This document shows, piece after piece, positions 1-10,590 of a stretch of DNA of 64,000 bases. Origin of the DNA: Octopus sinensis (taxonomy: Eukaryota). The stretch lies in NCBI RefSeq assembly GCF_006345805.1, contig NC_043006.1, forward strand, positions 80,166,001 through 80,230,000, written 5' to 3'. The first letter of the stretch is position 1; the number at the start of each line of letters is the position of its first letter. The notes under the pieces were generated by a model, which made no database searches, was not told the DNA's origin, and saw only the letters and a program-made list of their open reading frames with translations. The position numbers and the translations under genes are program-made.

Positions 1-37
<37 letters not shown>

Positions 38-112
38 CCACAACAACATTTTCATTTTTATTCGAGGAACGCTGTTTTTTTTTCCTGGTAAACATAAATA
101 ACAATATTGTTG

Positions 113-344
113 GGATCTTTTCCTTTTGATGGACGGAATTTTCTAGTTAACTAAACAATTTGAAACTTCGTATACTGGTAGAATGTGTCAAAAGAAAACA
201 TTGTAAACAAAATTGAAAACAAAATTGTAACTTGTAAGTTTAACGTAGTTTAATTCTTCTAATTTTAACCAATGAAATGCCAGCATTTGAGCTGAAATCA
301 TTTGCTGCGTCTAAAAACTCAGACAATATCCTGTTGCAACGTAA

Positions 345-417
<73 letters not shown>

Positions 418-1081
418 CACGCGCGTGTTATTCATCCTTCTCTCTTCTGTCTGTTTGATAAACAAAGGCGGAAGGAGGAGGCATGTGCTAGAAATAACAG
501 CTATATCTCTTAAATCGATGAATTTCGTCGCCCAATAAAAATATTAACGATATTTTTTTATATTTTCTTTATTTTTTTACCGAAAAGGCTTCTCCCATGG
601 TTGAAGGGCCAGAAACAACAAAAACAAAACAATAATATGCCTAAATTGGTCTAGAGGGTGCGCGTGGAGTGTGGGTCGTATTGTAAAAATTTGCGAAATA
701 TTTTTTCATAAAAGGATACCCCAGCTTGTCGGAGGCTGTGATATAAATTGGGAAAAAAATCCTCGACACCAGTGCGTAATTGGTACTTAATTTATCGACC
801 CCGAAACGATGAAACATTGACACCCCCCCTTCTGGTTTATTTACCTTTTGTGTAAATTTGTTGCGGCAAGGGGCAAAATACAGAGGGGACAAAGCATGAG
901 ATACAAAAGTATTAAGTCGATTCTATCGACACCAGTGCGAACTCACGAACGTGTATGTATGCTTGTGTGCGTATGTGTGTGTATGTATATCTCCGTTTGT
1001 ATGTGTGTGTACGCTTATATATTAATTACTATGTGCTTGTGCAAATGTATATCCATGTGTTTGAGAGAGAGAGAGAGAGTG

Positions 1082-1120
<39 letters not shown>

Positions 1121-1404
1121 AAGTGTACGTGTGTATGTATCTGAATATATGTGTGTGTGTGTATGCGGCGTGCGTCTGCTATGTTTGTTTATCAATATCG
1201 ATAACGCAGCAAATGATTTCAGCTCAAATGCTGGTATTTCATTGGTTAAAATTCGAAAAATTAAACTACGTTAAACTTACAAATTACAATTTTGTTTTCA
1301 ATTTTGTTTACAATATTGTTTTCTTTTGACACATTCCAACAGTATACGAAGTTTCAAATTGTTTAGTTAACTAGAAATTTCCGTCCATCAAAAGGAAAAG
1401 ATCC
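113..1404. repeat. Inverted repeat pair, arms ~113-310 and ~1204-1404, enclosing microsatellites and SINE fragments
   Basis: gggatcttttccttttgatggacgga...tttgctgcgt at 113-310 is the reverse complement of acgcagcaaatgatttc...ggaaaagatcc at 1204-1404, with scattered mismatches; a related sequence starts again at ~1858. Confidence 0.85.
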
Positions 1405-1405
1405 T

Positions 1406-1560
1406 ATTGTTGTATTTAGGAATGGTAATTTTACCAGTTTAGCCAAAAACACACGCACTATATATTTGGTGCTACTTTGCTTCAGTATTATTTACTTTTT
1501 ACATTAATCTTAATCTTATTTGGCTAAAATGGAAAAATGACCATTCCTAAATACAACAAT
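1406..1560. mobile_element. Small MITE-like element with ~42-bp terminal inverted repeats
   Basis: attgttgtatttaggaatggtaattttaccagtttagccaaa (1406-1447) is near-perfectly inverted at 1519-1560. Confidence 0.65.
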
Positions 1561-2453
1561 ATCTGTTTCAACACACGATTTCGCATCAAAAATCTTGCAA
1601 AACAAATATATAAACGTAATAAATAACAATATTGTTATTTATATATAAGATAAGTAAATAAAATTTTTGCACCTCAAAACTATTTTTTCTGTATCTATAA
1701 GGTTGTTTGACTGTTCTGGAAATTTTTTCTGCTTAAAAAGTTGCAAAGTGAATAGAATATAAGATAAGTAAACAAGTATTCATAAAATTAAAATATTATC
1801 TATTGAAAGAGAGCTTGAAAATATTGTCTGTTTAAAGAATGCTCAATATAAAATGAATGGGATCTTTTCGGTTTGACCGGCAGTTTTTAACATAATTTCT
1901 AGGTAACTAAACACTTTTAAACTTCGTATACTGGTAGAATGTGTTTATAAAACATCTTTTTCTCTTGGCTTTATTGAGAAAATTCTATAGTTTGTAAGAT
2001 ATTTGTTGTTATTTTTCTTCAATTTCTGCAATTTCAATAACCGGTATTATGACTTCACAATTACGATTTAAAATCGTAATTGTTATAAAAGTCGAAGAAA
2101 ACTTTAAATTAAAAAAAAATAGCTTTAGTAGAAGGGAAAAACGGTGTATTCTCAAGGTAAATTAACTGATGGTAAAAATTAAAATATGCATAAAGATATA
2201 TCCGTTTAAAATAAAAACATTTACACAGAACTAACAACATAAAAATATAAATATATTTAGTAATACACATATCAAAAAGCCCTATATATACATATATACA
2301 CTAAACATACGAACATTGGTATATGCCTACATACATATATAAACAAAAGCAGGCAAAATACATGTAAAAAATGCATGTCTACATAAATAGATACATATAT
2401 GCAAAAGTAACATACATATAGACATGCATACAAGTATACACATCAACATATAC

Positions 2454-2658
<205 letters not shown>

Positions 2659-3490
2659 TCTATATACATGTCTTCACATCCAGATAAGTACATACACCAT
2701 AACGTATACAAGCAAATATATTTAAAAATTGCCTGGAGTATAGAATATTAAAATGAGGAAATAGCACAATGAATTGATAAAATATAACTAAATGCAATAT
2801 AGATATATAAATTTAAAAATATAAAAATATGAAAGAATAATTTTAAATTTATATATAAAAAATGAGTAAAAGTGAGGAAAAATATTTAATCCCTGCGAAA
2901 TTTAAATTAAAATTTGTAAAATAGTTGAAAGCTTTCTTAAAAGTCGAATGTAAAACATTAGATATAAGGTGAAATATGTACCAGCATTGTAATACAAAAA
3001 GTGTTTATATATTAGGTATAAAAGCTAAATTAAAATTCCAAAGTTAAAATTTTTCAAAACTCGAAAATGTTTGCCCATACGGATTTAAAAAATTTTATTT
3101 GGCATTTTAAACTTCCTAGTGTGCATGCAGGAGAGGTTGAATAATTTTTCTCAGAGGCAAATATTACATTTCATGAAAGAACGTCATATTTTGTACATTT
3201 GAAAGATGTTTGACATACGTGAAAAGATATTGGTACCAGAGCAAAAGAAATATCAAAAGCTGTTAGCATTAAGGATGTTTAAAGTCGATTGCTATCGTTG
3301 TTGTTGTTTAGTAACAGTTCAGACAGATGAAAAGCATGCATATCTACAAGTATTTTAGCCGTGATCATCCAAACTTCCTTTTCTGACATGGTTTATTTAA
3401 AATAATATTTTTCGACGATATTATAAATATTTCGTTGCTATTTCTAGCAACTGTACTCAAGTTCAGAGAGTCTCCATAGTGTTTGTGATG

Positions 3491-5524
3491 TTAATTAACC
3501 GAGCCTTCAGTAGATAGAGCCATTGATATTGTTTGAGGAGCAGAAGAAACATCAGTAATTTCTTTTGTCGGCAATCTTGCAATTTTGTGCAAATTATTAA
3601 GAATATTGAGGCGAACAGTCTTTGTTGATAGAAACGATACACAAATAAATAATCCAACGAATGAGTTGACAATACAAAATAACAGAGAAAATTCTTCAAT
3701 TCTTGTAAACGCATAAAGAAATGCAATTGTCCATGTTAGACCCATGATAAAGAATAGTTTTAAGTGAATAAAAAATTCATTTTTGTTATGTTTTGATAAA
3801 TATTTTGAAGAAAGCTTTCTGGTAACATAAAGGCCTCTAGTGGTGAAAATAAATGCTATTATATTGAGACATAAAATAATCATTACGGGGATTCCAAAAA
3901 GCCATAGCAGACTTTTTCCATTTTTAATCCAGCAAATACCTTTTCCATATTCTGGGGAAAGTCCATGATTTTCAGGTGTGTACTCAAATATCAGTGATAC
4001 TATTACTATTACAAGTGGACAGATCCAAGCATACAAGGAACACAATACAAATCTCTTGGTGTGTTTTCCTTTACTTCGAAGTTGTGTAAGTCCTGAGAAA
4101 GTGTGACAGGCATCAAATGATATAACATTCATCCAGAAGAAAGACGCTAGAAAGGAATAATGCATTACTACTGCTAAAGATTTACACAGCACTGTAAATT
4201 TAGTGACTTGTGATGAGATAAGAAATAGAAGCTCAGCTACAAACAGTGCTGATAAAAGACTAATGAGTAATTTACCTGGTAAGGTACGAAGATCAGGTAT
4301 ACAGAGATAAACTATAATAGTGATTGCTAGAGCTGGGACAGAGATTGCTAGTCCCACTAATGTGATATAGCTCTCAGCTACGGAGTATTTTGATATACCA
4401 TTGATATTTGATATATTATTGGTACCATTGTTTATACGGATACTTATTATACCTTGAGAATCACGAGTGAATTCTGATTGGTTCAGCAAACGTTGGGTAT
4501 TATTTAAGTAGAGACGACCGTCACTAGTAATGTAATACTCAGATTCATTTAATCTTGTTGTCGTACTCTTTAGTTGAGGATGGTAAATAACTTGTCGACA
4601 TTTATTGGTATAGATATCGTAGACAGCGTGTTTTGAACAGGGTGGCAACTGTACAAGTCTATGTTCCGTCCCATTTGTTACCTTTATGGTATTTGTAGAA
4701 TACTTGAAAAGGATTGTTAGTGGTGATGACGGCACACTTCCATCATGTTGCATTTCCGAACAGGAGAAATTACACGGAATTTCAGAAACTCCGTTGCATT
4801 TGGCACAACCTCTGTTTTTGTAAATCTTAATATCTCCACCTTCAGTACATTTCTTACTCTTAGGTAAATATATTAAGGACATGGCCCCAGAATCACATGC
4901 AGTTCTTTTTTCCGTATTATTGTTATCTTGAAGACACTTCGAAATATATGGAATACAGGAATACAAATATTTATTCAAATCTCCTGAAGGAAGTCTCAAG
5001 GTTGGCCTACATTTTCTCTCTTTCACATAACTGAATATATTTTCGAAGCTTATATTAGAGATGAAATAGCAGTTATATAAAAGATTCCAAAGAATGAATT
5101 CCTCTCCATGACACAGAGCGCAATATAGGTTCCTATAGAGTTTTTTACTTGTTTTACCAAAAGCAGGAATGGATTGCAGTTGATCATTTGAATCAGGACG
5201 TTCACAGTTGTATACATGCTCCTTAACATCATGGTTAGGTGGACAACGGTCAAATTGATAATAAGAAGAGTAAGCAACATTTCTACAACTGTAATATATT
5301 GAAGGATAGGGTTGTTTCTGATTAGAGGTGATGTCATTAATCATATCAGAACAACATTCATTGTAGAGGTAGCAATTCGAGCGACACGAACAGCGTTTAG
5401 GTGCTCTAAATTTGGGAGAAACAGAGCACAAAGCTGGGCTGCAGTTGTCGAAGTCTTGTGCATGCGATACAATATATGAGAAAAGTAGGAGAGGAAGAAA
5501 ACACAACTGAATAAATGCTGCCAT
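3491..5524 (-). CDS. Methuselah-like (class B/7tm_2-like) GPCR with SMB-like Cys-rich ectodomain, paralog 1 (677 aa, uninterrupted CDS)
   Basis: ATG start and hydrophobic signal peptide (MAAFIQLCFLPLLLFSYIVSHA); CSCRSNCYLYNECCSD SMB-like motif; seven hydrophobic segments from YITLVGLAISVPALAITIIVY; class-B-like TM2/TM3 motifs LPGK..SL and HYSFLASFFWMN; two close paralogs in the window. Confidence 0.92.
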   Translation of the reverse strand: MAAFIQLCFLPLLLFSYIVSHAQDFDNCSPALCSVSPKFRAPKRCSCRSNCYLYNECCSDMINDITSNQKQPYPSIYYSCRNVAYSSYYQFDRCPPNHDVKEHVYNCERPDSNDQLQSIPAFGKTSKKLYRNLYCALCHGEEFILWNLLYNCYFISNISFENIFSYVKERKCRPTLRLPSGDLNKYLYSCIPYISKCLQDNNNTEKRTACDSGAMSLIYLPKSKKCTEGGDIKIYKNRGCAKCNGVSEIPCNFSCSEMQHDGSVPSSPLTILFKYSTNTIKVTNGTEHRLVQLPPCSKHAVYDIYTNKCRQVIYHPQLKSTTTRLNESEYYITSDGRLYLNNTQRLLNQSEFTRDSQGIISIRINNGTNNISNINGISKYSVAESYITLVGLAISVPALAITIIVYLCIPDLRTLPGKLLISLLSALFVAELLFLISSQVTKFTVLCKSLAVVMHYSFLASFFWMNVISFDACHTFSGLTQLRSKGKHTKRFVLCSLYAWICPLVIVIVSLIFEYTPENHGLSPEYGKGICWIKNGKSLLWLFGIPVMIILCLNIIAFIFTTRGLYVTRKLSSKYLSKHNKNEFFIHLKLFFIMGLTWTIAFLYAFTRIEEFSLLFCIVNSFVGLFICVSFLSTKTVRLNILNNLHKIARLPTKEITDVSSAPQTISMALSTEGSVN

Positions 5525-7174
5525 TTAAAAAGATATAATCGACAAGTAATAATTGACCTTTAAGTCGTAGGGATACTCTAAATGAATTCAAGCAAAAGAC
5601 CTGATATGTATTTTCGATATGTAGTTTCTACACATTGGCGGCATTCAGGAGTATTGTTAGTAACCCTTGTATTTCAGCTCACTAGTGATGGAAACAATAC
5701 GAAATTGCCAGCAATGAAATATTTTCATTTCTAAATGGAGCTCTGTATTCGAAGATGATACTTGTGTCTGTAAAATAAAAAGTATATAATTACACACGTT
5801 ATCATAAGCACAGGTACATATGTAGGCATCCATTCCAATTCAGGCACACAAGCACGCACACATATGCATTATATGCAGGTGAAGTCAGATGTGGGGACGT
5901 GCACCGTTGCAGCATTTTGCTACATTCACCATTTGTTGGTATATTTCCGGGACCACTCGGTTAACAAGTCGAGTTGAGCACCAGTCAGTCCCCACCTCCA
6001 CGAGGCACCTCAGCATCTGCAGCGGCCCGCAGCATGTGGATGATCAACACGAGCCGTCATCCCAGCCGGTCCCTGAGGGAAGAGTACATATTAAGCAAAG
6101 TTTAACTCAGATATTCAAGAAACATGGCCATACAGACTGCGCTATCGCTTCCGAATCATACAAGTAATATGACATATCCCACTTTGTTAGTAGAGTCGTT
6201 GGTTGAATCCAAAATTGGACCAATGGTAACACATCATCCTGTTGATCATCCTAGTATCAAAGGATTTCAAAGCGGCCCCTGAGGTTCCGTACAGTCCAAG
6301 TGTCACAAATATAGTGTAGAACAGGAAAGACCAGAAATCCAAAGCTCATAGAATGTAATCTTTAGTGATGTATTATACAAGTTAAAATTTCTAACCGATT
6401 ATATTTATTTGTAGTTTACTTTTAAATGTCACAATCTATGATATATATATATAATTTGAAATATTCTGCATATTATAACTATTAAGAAATGTTCAACGTT
6501 TACACCATTTTATGTAGAGAGAAAATAGTTTACGTCTGATCACTTCATGAGACCTAACAATCTTCAAGTTTAGACTATACTAGACATCTGTTTCCTTAAG
6601 TGGATATATGTTGTTGATATATCCTATCTCTCTTGATATCTAATTGGAGTGTTGTAAACGACTCCCTGACGATAACCGCTCGCCTGAGCTTGCATGTTGC
6701 GTACCATCTCTGCAAAATAACTTCTCATTTGCAGTGACCTTATAGCCTGAGGTAGATCATCACGATCTGTGAACTCACAAGGATCCCCAGTAAAGAGTAC
6801 ATAGTAAGCAGGTTCTAACTAGGAAAATCGAGAAACATGGTCAAATAGATTGAGGTGGCTTTCCCAGAGAGGTTGAAGCTGAAAAAAAAATTGATACCTT
6901 CTCATCCGAATATAAGATGAAAGGTGATAGTGTTGATGCCAACTGGGAAAACAAAATGTCTTTAAAATGCATGTAATGTATATGCACATAGCCTCTGATT
7001 GTATATATGGTATGGGATTGTTAAAAGAACGGGGCAACGTGCTTTCTAAATGTTTTGCGGCGAAAACATCTCAGTAAAATTTTGTAAATGTATTTTGGAA
7101 TATTAAATTTATTTGCTGTTGAGTGATGACAAATTGGATATTTATTGTTTTGTAGCAACATCAGTTATTTAGAA

Positions 7175-7506
7175 ACGCATTAGAGCCTTCAACAAAATTG
7201 CCATCGAAGACGTCATATTAAAATTCAGCTTCTGTCGAACGACCTGCACGAATGATTTGTTTATAGTAATCAAATACCCGCGCTGGACATTTGTTCACTC
7301 TCTCCATCAAATCGACATTGTCTGAACAGGTGCACTGTATTTCACGGGTTAAGTGTCGAACACTGATCGCAGAGCAACGTGAGGTGAAGTGTTTTGCTCA
7401 AGGACACTTCACTCAAGAACACCACGCACCACCCAGTATAGGTATTGAAATCACGATCTAGTGATCGTAAGTGCAACACACTAACCACTAGGCCATGCGA
7501 CTTCAC
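7175..7506 (-). mobile_element. tRNA-derived SINE
   Basis: Minus-strand head gtgaagtcgcatggcctagtggttagtgtgttgcacttacgatcactagatcgtgatttcaatacc has A-box and B-box-like motifs; similar head at 26993-27287. Confidence 0.7.
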
Positions 7507-7507
7507 A

Positions 7508-7711
<204 letters not shown>

Positions 7712-7862
7712 AATCTCTGAGAAACAGCTTTTGTTATATTTCTGCTGCTTTTAAATAAACCATATTACTCTACCTCCGGTATTTCAGTACTCTTTTTGCC
7801 ACTTTGTTTCACATTTATGTGCTTACTCCGGTATATATATATATATATATACATATATATAT

Positions 7863-7908
<46 letters not shown>

Positions 7909-8021
7909 TTGCACCAAAGGACAGTTGCCACTAAAATACACGATATTCAACATTGCACCAAGTGAAGAGATAAAGAAAGAAATATACAATTGATGACAGA
8001 CTAATGACATTGCTTTCGAAT

Positions 8022-8204
8022 CTTATAACAAGGCCAGCAATTTCAGAGGAGGGGGAGGTCGATTACATCGGCCCCGTTGCTCTTATTTTATCGCCACTGA
8101 AAATACGAAAGAAAAAGTCGACAACAGGGGAATTTGAACTCAGAACATAATAATGTTCGAAATACCGGTAAGCATTTTGCCTGGTGTGTTAACTATTCTG
8201 TCAG
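8022..8204 (-). mobile_element. Degenerate SINE, family A (head ggcggcgagctggcagaaacgttagcacg)
   Basis: Matches the better-preserved copies at 37164-37395, 45903-46119 and 50312-50595 (aagtcgac...gaatttgaactcagaac...aagcatt). Confidence 0.75.
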
Positions 8205-8754
8205 AACAAGCAAAAATTAATAACTGCAGCTTGATATAACATAAGCAAAGTGAGATGCCGAATCACTATGTCTTTCTACGCGTGTGCCTATCTTTCTTCA
8301 CCGGGCAACCTAGGATCAACAAAATCGATTCCGCAGCCAAACAAATTCAGTATTTGGTGATCAAGCAACTTGGAAATTTGTCACAAACCTGCACATTAGA
8401 ATGGAGGGGATGTTACTTGATATGATTCCCTTCCAGTTTTTGGCTGTTGGATGAATAAGAGTGAGAATATTGTGACCGAACGACCTCATAAAAAGAGCTT
8501 CCAGAGCTTGAACATATTAATATAATCGACGAACGATATTCAGGCACATTTGTTTTCATCTTTCATTTTTACAGTTTGTTTTTAGACCGACCAGGACTTT
8601 ACTCTTGTATCTAACGAAGGAGTAAATCCGAAACTCTTTAACTTTTGGTCTGTAATTTTTAAACTCTCTCTCGAGTCGACCAAATCATACTAACTGTAAA
8701 CGTTCCTAACACTTATTTTTTAGGCTTGTTATTCACATTTATTTTGCTGCACAT

Positions 8755-8812
<58 letters not shown>

Positions 8813-8865
8813 AAACAAGTCAAAAATAGAAAATGCTAAGATGATTTTATAGTGAATCTTTCAGT

Positions 8866-9230
8866 TCGTGCTAAGGGCGAGGTGCGTTTGCCCGTCTCCG
8901 TCGGTTAGCCGTGCCTGCGCTTTACGTGGAGCGACGGGCCCGGTCGAGAAGAGCGCGTGGATTCACCGACCGCCGCTTTCGCGGCAGCGACGGGGCTCTC
9001 GTCTGCGACCTGCGGACGCCGCGCGCCTGCCGGCCCGACGGGAAACGGGTCGCGACGACGGATCGGAGGGGAAGTGCATCCGATGCTGGCGCCCCTGAAA
9101 TCGAACGCCGACGAGGCGGCAGACGACCGCCCGCGGAACGAGCGGCCGCCACCGGCGCGTTCGTCGACGACGACGGCGCCTCGGCGGGAAGCAGCGGACT
9201 GAGTCCCCTCGCGATCGCGGTTTCCACCCT
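8866..9230. other. Very GC-rich insert, possibly a dispersed 28S rDNA expansion-segment (D2-like) or spacer fragment
   Basis: Roughly 70% GC by eye with abundant CpG, in AT-rich flanks; the minus strand has gggtggaaaccgc... and gcacttcccc...cgcgacccgttt, loosely recalling D2 core motifs; identity not established. Confidence 0.35.
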
Positions 9231-9231
9231 T

Positions 9232-9272
<41 letters not shown>

Positions 9273-9276
<4 letters not shown>

Positions 9277-9699
9277 CTTTGCAATAGATCCAATACTTAA
9301 ATTATCCTTTCTTCGAAGCTTAATAATCTGCTGACGAATTGGTAACGGAGAAAGTGGCATTATATTAGCAAAGTAAACTGCAAATATTCTTACTAATGTT
9401 TAGTAAACGAACCGTCACGTAAAAAAATTCAAAACATTAAAGTTCGCCGGTTAAATATAATAAAACACGGAGTAAAAGCAACCGTTCTGATCATTTTGGC
9501 CGCCATGGGTTTTACAGTAAATCACTAAATCATCCATAACTTTTGTATTATACTCTCAAATTATACCAAAATCTCAGGCAATAACAAATAATATCGTATT
9601 TATTGTCTGTGAAACTTATAGCATATAAAACAACTTTGATAAAAAATTATATCTTCTTTTCTGACGAAAACAATGCCGTTCTGAACATTTTGGCCGCCA

Positions 9700-9702
<3 letters not shown>
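9273..9702 (-). mobile_element. Tc1-like transposon left end (IR/DR-type TIR) and first 29 codons of the transposase
   Basis: TA|CAGTGGCGGCCAAAATG terminus at 9702; 24-bp direct repeat at 9676-9699 and 9482-9505; ATG at 9360 gives MPLSPLPIRQQIIKLRRKDNLSIGSIAKI (HTH-like), truncated by (TA)n. Confidence 0.75.
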
Positions 9703-9721
<19 letters not shown>

Positions 9722-9744
<23 letters not shown>

Positions 9745-9838
9745 CAGACAAAACAAATATACACACATACACACACCTAACATATATATATATAAAGTTA
9801 CACAGAGTACAAAAAATATGAGGAAAATATGTATACAT

Positions 9839-9928
<90 letters not shown>

Positions 9929-10533
9929 TGAGGGAGATAAATTAATATTAATTTTAATATCAATTTAAAACCAGTAGTCTAGCATACAAAAAATCTGAGA
10001 AGTCAGAGAAAATTCTAATATATGTGTATATTGGCAGGGCTGAACTGCTAGGTAGTCGGCTGTATGCTAGGAACAGATCATCAACGATCAAACTACAAAG
10101 GGAAATTCTCTAGAGGAAAAATTCAGCGAACACCAGAACCAAATTTGGCGGGCAGGACAGATGAAAATTTATATAAAAGACAGACTTAAATGCATACCTC
10201 GGTTTCGGCCTTTAACAAAGGAATTACTTACATAAGTCTGCATTTAAGTCTGTTTTTTTATATAAATTTTCATCTGTCCTGCCCGCCAAATTTGGTTCTG
10301 GTGTTCGCTGAATTTTTCCTCTAGAGAATTTCCCTTTGTAGTTTGATCGTTGATGATCTGTTCCTAGCATACGGCTGACTACCTAGCAGTTCAGCCCTGC
10401 CAATACACACACACACACATATATATATATATGTATGTATACATATTTTCTTCATATTTTTTGTACTCTGATTAATTTTATATATATATATATATGTTAG
10501 GTGTGTGTATGTGTGTATATTTGTTTTTGTCTG

Positions 10534-10560
<27 letters not shown>
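9722..10560. repeat. Long foldback/palindrome; inner arms ~10028-10197 and ~10236-10405
   Basis: ttggcagggctgaactgctaggtag...cagacttaaatgca is inverted as tgcatttaagtctg...cagttcagccctgccaa; outer arms ttcacagacaaaacaaatat... and ...atatttgtttttgtctgtgaa. Confidence 0.92.

Positions 10561-10582
<22 letters not shown>

Positions 10583-10590
<8 letters not shown>

Noticed and set aside
4380-4440. Annotation of the receptors as adhesion GPCRs or latrophilins
   Set aside because: No GPS motif or GAIN-length domain before TM1; similarity is limited to the 7TM region, so no gene symbol is assigned
9330-9356. CTGACGA...GAAA motif
   Set aside because: No stem II; it is the antisense of the Tc1 transposase start
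8868-9360. Overlapping Arg/Ala-rich ORFs
   Set aside because: Stop codons are rare in very GC-rich DNA. Only the first 29 codons of 9360-8905 are meaningful (Tc1 HTH), and they are fused to (TA)n
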